Counted from the stretch's first letter, positions 21,385-31,211 are shown. The stretch: DNA of 64,000 nt from an uncultured Verrucomicrobiae bacterium (GCA_963702845.1 OY969763.1:2080001-2144000); one strand, 5' to 3'. The notes: generated by a model not told the origin, from the sequence alone. Made by a program: numbers and translations.

Positions 21385-23100
21385 TTATCCGTAGCGGTGC
21401 GATCGGCCCTCGATCAACCCTTGTAGAAGCGATTTCGCAGGGACAACTTCCGGATTGCGGCGTGGAAGGCGAATCCAGAATCGACTACCTTTGCCGGGCT
21501 CGGATTCAACACCGAAGCTTCCGCCCATCCGCTCCATGGCTTTCGCCACAACGGCGAGCCCCACGCCAGTGCCCTCATAATCGGAAGCAACCCGCTCGAA
21601 CAATTTAAAAATGCGCTCCTGTTGTTCTGGCTCGATGCCGATGCCGTTATCTTCCACCCAAAGTTTTACAAAGGAACCTTCCTGTTCGGCGCGAATGTTG
21701 ATGCTGGGAGTCCGCTCCCTGGGAACGAACTTAACCGCATTGGAAAGAAGATTACCGATGCACTGCCCGAGCAAGGTGGGATTGGCCTGCACATCCGGCA
21801 ACGGGGAATCGACATCGAAGCACCCTCGTTGTTCCGGCGGAAATTCGTTGACCAATTGATGCACCAATCGGTCAAGCGAGACTGTATTGATAGGGGATTC
21901 TGAACGCGACGCCCGGTTATAAGCCACAACGTCGTTCATCAAATTGTTCATGCGAGAAGCGGACACAGTTATCCGGTCCAAATACTCCTGCCCATCGGAA
22001 TCGATCTTGTCATGGTAATCTTCCTTTAACAGCTCGACAAAGCCAGTGATCGCCCGCAACGGGGCTTTCAAATCATGCGAGAGCGAGTGAGAAAAAACTT
22101 CCATCGACCGGTTGGCCTCGCGCAGTTCATGATTGGCCTGGCGCAATTCCGCTTCAACGACGTGACGCGCCCGGATTTCCTTGCGCAGCGAAAAAATCCA
22201 AAAAAGGAGCAGCGCACCGACAGCGGCCGCCGCCACGAGCAACTTCTTGATTCGCTCGTTTAGCAGGCCAACCCGCTGCGCTCCCTGCAGCTCGAACTGT
22301 AGATGTTTGCTGAAAATATCGTCTCTTTCATTGGTGGAAATCGTTTTCAGGCCCTTGTTCAAAATGCCTTGCAATACCGTGTCGGGACGTTTCATGACAA
22401 ACCGGAGAGGAAAGTCGAATTCAGCGATCAAACCGCAAATCTCCAGTTTGGCGCCCGGATGTTCTTCTAGATACTGGCTGGCTACGAAAAGATTCGCGAC
22501 CGCCACATCGGCCTTCCCCTTCGCGACCATCTCGAAGCAATCCGCTTGCGTGCCGGCCAAAATAATTTTGGCAGAGGGCAGCCGTGCGGCCAGCTCCTGT
22601 GTCTTAAGGTGCTTGCGCGGCATGGCAATTCGAGCCTGACGAAGCATTGAAACGTCAGCAAATCGATGACTGGCTTCGGGCCCAACAATGACGGTCTCAG
22701 ACTTGGAATACGGCTCGGTAAACACATAGCCTTCTTCCCGAACAGGTGACCATGACGCGCCGGTAACCAAATCCAACTGGATCTGTTTCGCCAGCGCAAA
22801 CACTCCTTCCCAGGAATTTGTGTGGACAATTTCAAACTTCAAGCCCGTACGGTCCGAGATCACTTGAAGAATATCGATGTCGATTCCGGTCGCCTTTCCA
22901 TCCGCTCCGAGATAGGAAAACGGTGGCCAATCGGTCGTGGTTCCGACGCGGAGGGTTGGGTGATGAACAATCCAATCCCGCTCTTCCTCCGATAAAACAA
23001 CCCGTTTATCAGTCGAACCTGGCAAAGCAAACGAGCTAGTTGTAGACAAAAACACCCCGACCCAGATCGTGATGACTAAACGCATAAACATCACTGTCAC
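21385..23100 (-). CDS. Sensor histidine kinase with periplasmic amino-acid-binding (PBP type 2) domain
   Basis: LSEEERDWI..HPTLRVG..DWPPFSY, TM helix, SHDLKAPLR, NLLSNAVKF, DNGIGI and GTGVGL motifs. Confidence 0.92.
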   Translation of the reverse strand: MTVMFMRLVITIWVGVFLSTTSSFALPGSTDKRVVLSEEERDWIVHHPTLRVGTTTDWPPFSYLGADGKATGIDIDILQVISDRTGLKFEIVHTNSWEGVFALAKQIQLDLVTGASWSPVREEGYVFTEPYSKSETVIVGPEASHRFADVSMLRQARIAMPRKHLKTQELAARLPSAKIILAGTQADCFEMVAKGKADVAVANLFVASQYLEEHPGAKLEICGLIAEFDFPLRFVMKRPDTVLQGILNKGLKTISTNERDDIFSKHLQFELQGAQRVGLLNERIKKLLVAAAAVGALLLFWIFSLRKEIRARHVVEAELRQANHELREANRSMEVFSHSLSHDLKAPLRAITGFVELLKEDYHDKIDSDGQEYLDRITVSASRMNNLMNDVVAYNRASRSESPINTVSLDRLVHQLVNEFPPEQRGCFDVDSPLPDVQANPTLLGQCIGNLLSNAVKFVPRERTPSINIRAEQEGSFVKLWVEDNGIGIEPEQQERIFKLFERVASDYEGTGVGLAVVAKAMERMGGSFGVESEPGKGSRFWIRLPRRNPEVVPAKSLLQGLIEGRSHRYG

Positions 23101-23246
23101 AACTTCCCACCGCTTGCGCTTGGTTCAAAGTGGTAAAGCAGGCTAGGCGTCCCCTCTAGTGAACAGACATGCGTTCTCTGGCCGCTCTCGGCATTGTTCT
23201 TAAAAGTGTTCCGGCGTTTTGCACCGACATGACACTTCACTCGCCT

Positions 23247-23636
23247 TCATTGGCCCAACAACGTAATGAACCAAATAAAAATTAAGGCAAAAATAACGAG
23301 ACCAACCGTCGTCACCGCATTTCCAACTCTGCACACGCGTTTGAACTTCGAATATATCTGCGCGGCCTGTTCATCTACCGGTACCCAGCGAGGGCATGAA
23401 GACGCCCATTCGCGATTCAGTTCCGATCTGGCCCAGCTACCGGCCCATAAACTTGCCGCCGGTGGAACCCAAAAGAAGCCAATTGGGCAACCGTCCCTTT
23501 GCCATTCCTCTCGATGCAGGGCAAACTGAATGCGCAGCAATAAGTCAAAATAATAGAAACCCGCCATGCTGGCAGCGGTACCAAAAACGAAGGAGATCCC
23601 TGGAAGGGAAATGATAACAATGGTCAGGACACTCAT
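23247..23636 (-). CDS. Hypothetical membrane protein (129 aa)
   Basis: ATG-started ORF with terminal TM helices and a EW.RDG.P.GFFW segment. Confidence 0.65.
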   Translation of the reverse strand: MSVLTIVIISLPGISFVFGTAASMAGFYYFDLLLRIQFALHREEWQRDGCPIGFFWVPPAASLWAGSWARSELNREWASSCPRWVPVDEQAAQIYSKFKRVCRVGNAVTTVGLVIFALIFIWFITLLGQ

Positions 23637-23734
23637 TAACAGTTGTATTACGCAACCGAATCGTTGGATATCGCTGTTATGGTCTTAAACTGACGTTTTT
23701 CCAGTGTCGAGGTTAAGCTTCTCTTGTCGATCAA

Positions 23735-23780
23735 CTCTGCGGTGCAGGGTTCGTGCGACCGGCCAACTCATTCCGGTGGA
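23735..23780. repeat. 46-bp perfect direct repeat, copy 1
   Basis: CTCTGCGGTGCAGGGTTCGTGCGACCGGCCAACTCATTCCGGTGGA, identical to 24520..24565. Confidence 0.95.
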
Positions 23781-23796
23781 TTAAGCGTTTAGAGGC

Positions 23797-24492
23797 TTAA
23801 AGCTTTTCCTGAAGTTCGATCTTAAGCGCTTGAATTTTCGTTGTTTCACTGTGCACCACCAAATCTCCTTTCGCCTGCCATTCATCTGCCTTTTGCGAAT
23901 ACGGCAGCGCTCGCTTCAAAAAATCCAACGCAACCTCAGGCGAACCTTCCGCCGCGTGCACGCGCCCGATCTCGTAATAGCAACTGGCACGCATATTGTC
24001 TCGGGTCCAAAGAACAAGAAAATCCTTTGCAGGGTCGCGCTCGCTTTCCTGCTCTAAAAGCTCAAGTGCGCGAGCAAAACATCCGATTCGTTCCTTTCCC
24101 ATCTCCATCCAAACTCCCAGCGTGTGCCAGCAAAGCGATGCTTCGAATCCATTCTCCGCGGCTTCTTTGACAGCTTGCCGATAATTCTCCGTGTGATGGC
24201 GCCGCATCACTTCATCCTTCGTCTCATGACAAGCCGTCATCTGTTGCACAAACGCAACCATCGCCAGACCGAGCCGCCGATTGACTGGTTCTTCATCCGC
24301 CATCGCACAATTCAAAACCGAGCAAAAAGCCGATACAAGGAAAGAGATGGCTGGAATGTTACTTTTGCACAACTGGTTTCGAGCAACCAGCGCGCAAACA
24401 ATACGAATTGCGGACAACCGTTCCCGAGCAGTGACCGAATACTGAGGGAATTCTGACGAATAGTGATTTTTCACCTTGAAAAGTTTCCCCAA
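23797..24492 (-). CDS. Hypothetical TPR-like helical protein (true start uncertain, possibly about 24303)
   Basis: TPR-like segments (CWHTLG...CFARALEL; CYYEIGRVHAAEG.PEVALDFLKRAL); lies between the two 46-bp repeats. Confidence 0.6.
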   Translation of the reverse strand: MGKLFKVKNHYSSEFPQYSVTARERLSAIRIVCALVARNQLCKSNIPAISFLVSAFCSVLNCAMADEEPVNRRLGLAMVAFVQQMTACHETKDEVMRRHHTENYRQAVKEAAENGFEASLCWHTLGVWMEMGKERIGCFARALELLEQESERDPAKDFLVLWTRDNMRASCYYEIGRVHAAEGSPEVALDFLKRALPYSQKADEWQAKGDLVVHSETTKIQALKIELQEKL

Positions 24493-24519
24493 AAATCCGA
24501 AATTCTCCCTGTCAAACAG

Positions 24520-24565
24520 CTCTGCGGTGCAGGGTTCGTGCGACCGGCCAACTCATTCCGGTGGA
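24520..24565. repeat. 46-bp perfect direct repeat, copy 2 (within a larger hairpin-rich element, about 24500-24620)
   Basis: Identical to 23735..23780; flanks remain weakly similar for a further 10-20 bp. Confidence 0.95.
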
Positions 24566-24810
24566 ATGCAGCGCCCCCGCCATTCGGGCCTTTCTCGGTG
24601 AGAGAGGGTTTATGCGAATGCGTGAAAACGCGTCCGCGATATAACTCAAAACTCTAAAATCCTAAGAATCCTAAGAACTCGTCAGTGAACGCTTGTCGTT
24701 CGCCGACACAACATGCCGGTTTGGCAGTTGCAGAATGTCGTAGCCACGTGTGCATTTGCACCTCTCGGTGGCCGTTCATGCTTCGCCCAAGCCGACGAGA
24801 AAGGTTAGCA

Positions 24811-25182
24811 ATGCACTCAACAGACACTAAGTCCAAGTTCCTCGAGTTCCGCGGCAAAGGCTGGAGCCTTGCCCGCATCGCTAAACAAATCGATGTTAGC
24901 GTCCGCATCTTGGCCGACTGGAACCAGCAACACCGCCAGGAAATACGCACGCTCCGCGCCATCGAGATCGAAGCTCTTCAGGAAAAGTTTCTCGCCACCC
25001 ACGAGCAGGAACTCAGTTCTCTCACCGCCCAACTCCAGCGCATCGAGCAAGCGATCGGCGACAGCAAACTCCAATTCGTCGAAACTAAAGACTTATTCCG
25101 ACTGGCTGACGTGACCCGCGCCGAAATCCGCAAAGTCATCATACCCACGGAGCCGGATGATAAATCGCATGCACAAAACTAA
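24811..25182 (+). CDS. Small HTH-domain protein with coiled-coil tail
   Basis: GAAAGG RBS before ATG 24811; FLEFRGKGWSLARIAKQIDVSVRILADW is a helix-turn-helix pattern. Confidence 0.75.
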   Translation: MHSTDTKSKFLEFRGKGWSLARIAKQIDVSVRILADWNQQHRQEIRTLRAIEIEALQEKFLATHEQELSSLTAQLQRIEQAIGDSKLQFVETKDLFRLADVTRAEIRKVIIPTEPDDKSHAQN

Positions 25183-25185
25183 AAT

Positions 25186-25420
25186 TGCATCGTTTCTGCA
25201 TCATTTTTGCATCATTTCCAAAATGGAGGCCGTTACAAAGTGCAACGGCGGCAACGGTTGGTCACATTCGGTCACGTTCAGTCATCTTTGGTCACGTGTA
25301 CCATTGGCTCGCCTCCTTCTTGTCGCGCCGGAGCGCCGCGCGAAGGCGGACGCGCCCGTCGCGCGAAATCCCTTACCGGTCAAATTCGGTAAAGAAACGG
25401 TAAAGAAATGGTAAAGTTTT
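25186..25420. repeat. Three short tandem arrays with 10-11-bp period
   Basis: TGCATCRTTTY x3 (about 25186-25218); GGTCACRTTC-like x4 (about 25260-25299); YGGTAAAGAAA-like x3-4 (about 25377-25419). Confidence 0.8.
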
Positions 25421-25571
25421 ACCCCCTCAGAAATGTGAACACTGATAAGAACGAAAAGGTAGTGCTTCCGAAAAAATCTAAAAAAGGTAATCAGAAGTAA
25501 TCTCCTGCCCATGAACACAGCGATAGCGCTAAGCCGCTTGCTGAGACGCGCCGCTCTGTTAACCTGTGCGC

Positions 25572-26258
25572 ATGTTCAAGCCGGGCGATTTATTCGACCT
25601 TACCCAAACCGCGCATCGCGACCTCTTTGAAGGTTGCGAATTCGCCTGGGAGGTGTTGCCCAAAATCTCGGCCTACATCGCTTCTCATATTCAACCCGCG
25701 TTGCACAACAGTTGCGAGGGGCGTGCTTTCATCGGTGAGAAAGTTTACATTGGCAAAGGAACGGTCGTCGAAGATGGCGCGATGATTAAAGGTCCGGCGA
25801 TCATCGGCGAGAATTGCCAGATTCGTCACAATGCTTATATCCGCGAGGACGTTATCATCGGCAACGACTGTAACGTGGGTAACTCATGCGAACTGAAGAA
25901 CTGCGTTTTATTCAACAACGCCCAGGTGCCGCACTTCAATTACGTCGGTGACTCGATCCTCGGTTACAAAGCGCATCTTGGTGCGGGTGTAAAAATTTCG
26001 AATTTCAAACTGTTCCACGACAACATCGTCATCGACGTCGACGGCAAACCATTCGATACCGGACTCCGCAAATTTGGTGCCTTGCTTGGCGATGAGGCCG
26101 AAGTCGGCTGCAACGCTGTGTTGAGCCCCGGTAGCGTGATAGGCCGACGCTCCGTTATTTACGCCAACGTCGTTTGGCGCGGAATTTTGCCAGCCGACAT
26201 GATCGTTAAAAACAAAGCGACGCAGGAAATCGTGGAACGCCGAATTCGCACCCCTTAG
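25572..26258 (+). CDS. Left-handed beta-helix protein resembling the acetyltransferase half of GlmU-type enzymes
   Basis: Hexapeptide repeats; GPAIIG, PHFNYVGDSILG, HLGAG and TGLRKFGALLGD motifs; no nucleotidyltransferase domain. Confidence 0.85.
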   Translation: MFKPGDLFDLTQTAHRDLFEGCEFAWEVLPKISAYIASHIQPALHNSCEGRAFIGEKVYIGKGTVVEDGAMIKGPAIIGENCQIRHNAYIREDVIIGNDCNVGNSCELKNCVLFNNAQVPHFNYVGDSILGYKAHLGAGVKISNFKLFHDNIVIDVDGKPFDTGLRKFGALLGDEAEVGCNAVLSPGSVIGRRSVIYANVVWRGILPADMIVKNKATQEIVERRIRTP

Positions 26259-26269
26259 CAAACGTCACG

Positions 26270-28330
26270 ATGATAGGCTTTGTTGATCCAGAACCCGCCG
26301 GCGCCGCCAGCACTCTCATCGCTGATGTGGAGAAAATCTTTTCTCCCGACGGCATTTTGTCGAAGTCGCGCAATTTTGAATATCGCCCGCAACAACAGGA
26401 GATGGCGGTTGCCGCGGCGCGCGCTCTGGAGAATAAAGAGCACTTGGTTGTGGAAGCCGGAACCGGTGTCGGCAAGAGCCTCGCATACCTGATTCCATCT
26501 ATTTTGTTCGCGATCGGTCACGGCAAAAAAGCCGTCATTTCCACGCACACAATTAATTTGCAGGAACAGCTCATCGAAAAAGACCTGCCGATGCTCGCGA
26601 AAATTCTGCCGGTCGAATTCAAATTTATCATGGTGAAGGGGAGGCATAATTATTTGTGTACCCGCCGGCTTCAACGGGCTATGCAGCAGGCCGGTTCATT
26701 GTTTACGTCACCCGAGCACCGCGAATTGGAACGCATTTACGAATGGTCCAAGAAAACTACCGACGGAAGCCTCTCGGATTTCGAAATCGAACCTGATCCG
26801 AAAGTCTGGTCGCACGTGTGTTCGGAACGCGGTCTGTGTTCACCGAAACGGTGCGGGCACGAATCCGATTTGGCGAAGGAAGATCGCGTCTGTTTTTTTC
26901 AACGCGTTCGCAGCCAGATTCTCGGTGCCGACGTCATCGTCCTGAATCACACCTTATTCTTCATGCATCTCGGCGGGATCGATGAAGAGGCCGAAGGTGG
27001 AATTCTCTTCAAGAACGATTTCGTTGTTTTCGATGAAGCGCACACCGTCGAAAAAGTCGCATCCAAACACATCGGCATCGGCGTATCGGATGCGCAGTTG
27101 CGTTACACGATCAATCGCCTCTGGAATCCCCAGACGCAAAAGGGCCTCTTGGGAATAATGAATCGCGGCCCGATTCAACTTATCGGTGAAGTGCTGGACG
27201 AAAGTGAAAAGTTTTTCGCAACCGTCGAGGCAACGTGCGAAGAAATGTCCGGCGAGAACGGCAAACGAGGGCCGAGACCACCGCGTTGGTCTGAGTTGCG
27301 AATCCGCCGCCCAGATCTCGTTGAGGACAACATCACGCTGCCTCTCCAGCGCCTTCGCGAAAGCATCAGCGAGTTGGTGAAAACCAGCGAGGACAAAGAG
27401 ACCGGGCAGGAATTGCAGGAGTGCAATCGCCGCCTCGCCGAACTGCGCGAAGGCATTTCCCATTTTTTGCGGCACGATACCAAAGACCATGTCTATTGGG
27501 TTGAGCGTTCCGGAAAAACGCAAAGGACCATCGCACTGAATGCTGCGCCGGTAAACGTGTCCGGTTTCCTGCGCCAACGTCTATTCGGGTCAGACACATC
27601 TGTCGTTATGACCAGCGCGACCATGGCGGTTTCGCAAAAAGAAGGCAGCGCCTCAGCCGGTCTTGACTACTTCGCCAAACAGGTCGGGGGAGAGAGTGCC
27701 ACGCTGTTGCAAGTCGGTTCGCCCTTCGATTACGAAAAGCAGATGACTGTTTACGTCGCAGGCAAAATGCCGGACCCGCGCGAACCCGCTTACGAAGCGC
27801 AACTGATTCATTGGATTGAGCACTTCGTCGAGAAGACTCACGGCAAAGCCTTCGTCCTGTTCACGAATTTCAAATTGATGTTGAAGGTGGCTGATGAGAT
27901 GCAAGATTTCTTCCGCGATCTCGGCGTGGAATGTTTCGTGCAAGGTAAAGGTGTGCCGCGTTCGCTCATGCTCGAAAAGTTCAAGCGCGACGTTGATTCC
28001 GTCCTGTTCGGCACCGACAGTTTTTGGCAAGGCGTCGATGTCCCCGGTGAAGCGCTCTCCAATGTCATTATCACCCGGCTGCCTTTTGCCGTGCCTGACC
28101 ACCCACTTATTGAAGCACGAATCGAAGCCATCGAAGCGCGCGGCGGTAATTCGTTCATGGAATTTTCGCTCCCTGAAGCGATCCTGAAATTCCGCCAGGG
28201 CGTTGGTCGTTTGATCCGTACGAAAACTGACAAAGGCATCGTCGTAGTTCTCGACAATCGCGTCTTAACGAAGAAATACGGTCAGGCCTTTCTGGATTCC
28301 GTGCCGAAATGCCCGGTCGAAATTGTCTGA
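26270..28330 (+). CDS. DinG/YoaA-family ATP-dependent Fe-S DNA helicase
   Basis: Q motif FEYRPQQ, EAGTGVGKSLAY, KGRHNYLC, DEAH, TSAT, FWQGVDVPG and QGVGRLIR motifs. Confidence 0.95.
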   Translation: MIGFVDPEPAGAASTLIADVEKIFSPDGILSKSRNFEYRPQQQEMAVAAARALENKEHLVVEAGTGVGKSLAYLIPSILFAIGHGKKAVISTHTINLQEQLIEKDLPMLAKILPVEFKFIMVKGRHNYLCTRRLQRAMQQAGSLFTSPEHRELERIYEWSKKTTDGSLSDFEIEPDPKVWSHVCSERGLCSPKRCGHESDLAKEDRVCFFQRVRSQILGADVIVLNHTLFFMHLGGIDEEAEGGILFKNDFVVFDEAHTVEKVASKHIGIGVSDAQLRYTINRLWNPQTQKGLLGIMNRGPIQLIGEVLDESEKFFATVEATCEEMSGENGKRGPRPPRWSELRIRRPDLVEDNITLPLQRLRESISELVKTSEDKETGQELQECNRRLAELREGISHFLRHDTKDHVYWVERSGKTQRTIALNAAPVNVSGFLRQRLFGSDTSVVMTSATMAVSQKEGSASAGLDYFAKQVGGESATLLQVGSPFDYEKQMTVYVAGKMPDPREPAYEAQLIHWIEHFVEKTHGKAFVLFTNFKLMLKVADEMQDFFRDLGVECFVQGKGVPRSLMLEKFKRDVDSVLFGTDSFWQGVDVPGEALSNVIITRLPFAVPDHPLIEARIEAIEARGGNSFMEFSLPEAILKFRQGVGRLIRTKTDKGIVVVLDNRVLTKKYGQAFLDSVPKCPVEIV

Positions 28331-28436
28331 GCTTGTCAAGCAGCAGAGGCTTACATCTGACCAAGGATTACTTACTAGCGGCCAATCCGCATATAACCCC
28401 TTGTCATCGCATGCCCATCTGGCACATCCTAGAATC

Positions 28437-28841
28437 ATGGCTGAGATAGCGAAATTTGTTCATCGAAATGCGGCGACGATTACGCCACGAGTTCTAAAAG
28501 GCATTCACAAAAAACTGCCGTTTCTAAAGCTCAAGTTCGCCGACATCAACGACCACAATTATCCGCACTTGTCGGACCAACTCGAATTTCTCGCCGACCT
28601 GGTCGAAGACGTGGCCGAAGGTATTGACGACGACATCCCGTATACTACGGTGGCCGCTGCGGCGTTCGCGTTGGTATATGCGCATCGCGAGATGGATTTG
28701 ATCCCGGACTCCGTTCCCGAATACGGCCACGCCGACGACTCCGCGGTAGTGCGCGCCGTTTTAATCGAGAACGAAAAAGTGCTCGCCGCCTACGCCGCGC
28801 GCCACAGCCTCAATTTCGAGCGCGTGTCTCTGAAACCCTGA
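28437..28841 (+). CDS. YkvA/DUF1232-family protein
   Basis: AFALVY....DLIPDSVPEYGHADD motif. Confidence 0.8.
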   Translation: MAEIAKFVHRNAATITPRVLKGIHKKLPFLKLKFADINDHNYPHLSDQLEFLADLVEDVAEGIDDDIPYTTVAAAAFALVYAHREMDLIPDSVPEYGHADDSAVVRAVLIENEKVLAAYAARHSLNFERVSLKP

Positions 28842-28857
28842 GTTTCAGAATGATTTA

Positions 28858-29763
28858 GTGATGGAAGCAGCTTATACACTGCTTCTTTCATGTTTTTTTC
28901 TTCTTAATTTTCGTTTCTTAACTTTTAATTCATTCCGTGGATCAACGCCTGCGCAAATCCGGCATGTCGCACTCGACATGGACGGAACAATTTATAAGGG
29001 CTCAACCCTGTTTGATTTCAGCAAGCCATTCCTGGCTTCACTGAAGGGAATGGGAATTGGTTATACGTTTCTGACGAATAATCCGTCCAAAAGCGTTAAA
29101 GACTATTTGGCCAAACTCGCCGACTACGGAATCAACGCAACGCCGGACGAACTCTACACGTCTGCGCAAGCGACCATCGAATACCTGCGAACCCAATATC
29201 CGAAAGCTCACCGCATTTTCGTGTTAGGCACGGCCAGCATGTGCGAGGAGTTTGCCAAACATGGCTTTTACTTGTGCGAAGACAGTCCGAAGGATGAACC
29301 GGACCTGGTCGTTGTTGGTTTTGACATGACACTCAGCTACGCGCGCCTTTGTCGTGCGGCATGGTGGATAAGCAAAGGTAAGCCATTTATCGCTACAAAT
29401 CCTGACCGCGTTTGCCCAACAGATCAGCCTACGGTGTTGGTTGATTGCGGAGCCATTTGCGCCGCGTTGACCGAAGCGACTGGCCGCAAGCCCGACGCAG
29501 TCATGGGCAAACCCGATCCAACAATGCTCCGTGGAATCTTGGCAAAGCATTCACTCAAGCCCGACGAACTCGCGATGGTGGGCGATCGCATTTATACGGA
29601 CGTCGCGATGGGACACGCCGCTGGCGCGTTGGCCGTTCTTGTTCTGACTGGTGAGGCAACTGCTGACGATGCCAAAAACGCTTCCGAACCGCCGCATCTG
29701 ACCGTACCCAGCTTGAAGGAATTTGGTGAATATCTGCGAAAGGCACGCTCTTCGAAAACATGA
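28858..29763 (+). CDS. HAD-superfamily class IIA phosphatase (NagD-like); start uncertain
   Basis: LDMDGTIY, FLTNNPSK, IATNPD, MGKPDP and MVGDRIYTDV motifs. Confidence 0.92.
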   Translation: MMEAAYTLLLSCFFLLNFRFLTFNSFRGSTPAQIRHVALDMDGTIYKGSTLFDFSKPFLASLKGMGIGYTFLTNNPSKSVKDYLAKLADYGINATPDELYTSAQATIEYLRTQYPKAHRIFVLGTASMCEEFAKHGFYLCEDSPKDEPDLVVVGFDMTLSYARLCRAAWWISKGKPFIATNPDRVCPTDQPTVLVDCGAICAALTEATGRKPDAVMGKPDPTMLRGILAKHSLKPDELAMVGDRIYTDVAMGHAAGALAVLVLTGEATADDAKNASEPPHLTVPSLKEFGEYLRKARSSKT

Positions 29764-31211
29764 GTGTTACACGTTCAACTGCGATTCAAAACTTAACTAG
29801 CGAAGTTCTCGACGTCCTCGTCATCGGCGGCGGCATCGTTGGTTCCGGGATCGCTCGCGACGCAGCCATGCGAGGTTTGCGCGTTGGTCTCATCGACCAG
29901 CTTGATTTTTCTTTCGGCACCAGCAGCCGCTCCAGTCGTTTGCTCCACGGCGGTATTCGCTACTTGGCACAGGGTAAAATTGGTCTAGTGCGACAAGCGA
30001 GTGTCGAGAAAATGAGGCTCGGCCAAATTGCGCCGCACCTCGCGCAACCCTTACCGTTCAATTTTCCATGTTATCGCGGTTCGGCATATCCCTGCTGGCA
30101 ATTGAAGATCGGTGTTCGCATTTACGATTTGCTTTGCGGTGGAGGAAATTTCCAACGTTCCAGCGGCATGAACCCGCGCGAAACCGCGTCGCATCTGCCT
30201 GGCCTTGCCGAAACCGATCTCGTCGGATCCGCTCGCTATTTTGATGCCCTCACTAACGATGCGCGCATGGTGCTCGACACTTTACGTTCCGCCGCCAAAT
30301 ACGGCGCGATTTGCGCGAACTACGTTCAATTTAAAAACGCACAACGCAACGGCGATTTTTGGAACTGTGAACTTCGTGACGACCTCGTTGGACAATCACT
30401 GACAGTCAAAGCGCGCACGGTGATTAACGCAACCGGTCCGTGGGCCAATGCTGTTCCACATAGTCATGTGCAACTGCGACTGACCAAAGGAATTCATCTC
30501 GTCATTCCGAAAGAACGATTGCCGATGACCGAAGCCGTCGTCATGACTGAAGGCGCGCGTGTCCTGTTTGTTATTCCGTGGGGCGAACGAATTATTTTGG
30601 GCACGACTGATACCGATTATTCCGGTTCGCGCGAAAAGGTTTTTGCTGAACCCAAGGAAATTCAATACGTCCTCAGCGTTACTAATCGATTCTTTCCTCG
30701 CTCGAAACTTTCAAACGCTGATGTCATTAGCACATGGGCCGGCCTGCGACCGTTGATTAACGGCGGCAAACAAGGAACGCCTTCCGATATTTCTCGTGCA
30801 CACCAAATCCGCAACCCAGAACCGGGTTGGTGGGATGTCGCCGGCGGCAAGCTGACGACCTATCGCCTCATAGCCGAGGAGACGATCGATGGCGTCGCCA
30901 AAGAACGCGGATTGAAACTTCCACGTTGTCGCACGGCAACGGAGCCGCTTGTCGAAGCAGCATCGAATAAATACAGCGGCATTCTTCCGCCAACTTTCAG
31001 CCGGGAAGCCGTTGAATATTTTTGTCGCGAGGAATGGGCTATCAATCTTGATGACGTCATGGTGCGCCGCAGCGGTTGGCACTACTACTATTCCGACGCT
31101 GCGGCCAAAGCGCAGCAAGTGGCCGATTGGATGTCTGAAATTTTAAGTTGGACGCCGGAGCAGAAAAAGGCGCAAATACTGCGATACAGCCAATGTTCGC
31201 AGCCGTCGTAA
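29760..31211 (+). CDS. glpD: FAD-dependent glycerol-3-phosphate dehydrogenase/oxidase
   Basis: GGGIVG, GTSSRSSRLLHGGIRYL, NATGPW, KGIHL, GTTD, WAGLRPL and GGKLTTYR motifs. Confidence 0.9.
   Translation: MSVTRSTAIQNLTSEVLDVLVIGGGIVGSGIARDAAMRGLRVGLIDQLDFSFGTSSRSSRLLHGGIRYLAQGKIGLVRQASVEKMRLGQIAPHLAQPLPFNFPCYRGSAYPCWQLKIGVRIYDLLCGGGNFQRSSGMNPRETASHLPGLAETDLVGSARYFDALTNDARMVLDTLRSAAKYGAICANYVQFKNAQRNGDFWNCELRDDLVGQSLTVKARTVINATGPWANAVPHSHVQLRLTKGIHLVIPKERLPMTEAVVMTEGARVLFVIPWGERIILGTTDTDYSGSREKVFAEPKEIQYVLSVTNRFFPRSKLSNADVISTWAGLRPLINGGKQGTPSDISRAHQIRNPEPGWWDVAGGKLTTYRLIAEETIDGVAKERGLKLPRCRTATEPLVEAASNKYSGILPPTFSREAVEYFCREEWAINLDDVMVRRSGWHYYYSDAAAKAQQVADWMSEILSWTPEQKKAQILRYSQCSQPS

Noticed and set aside
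23735..24565. 46-bp repeats as a CRISPR array
   Set aside because: Only two copies, 785 bp apart, enclosing an ORF; no cas genes
24500..24620. Match to cobalamin, ZTP or TPP riboswitch, SRP RNA, tmRNA or tRNA
   Set aside because: Only fragmentary resemblance; the GGGAA box, the GNRA-capped SRP helix, the T-loop and the CCA end are all absent
26270..28330. DinG as part of type IV CRISPR or another defence system
   Set aside because: Housekeeping YoaA-like sequence in a housekeeping neighbourhood; no cas or defence genes
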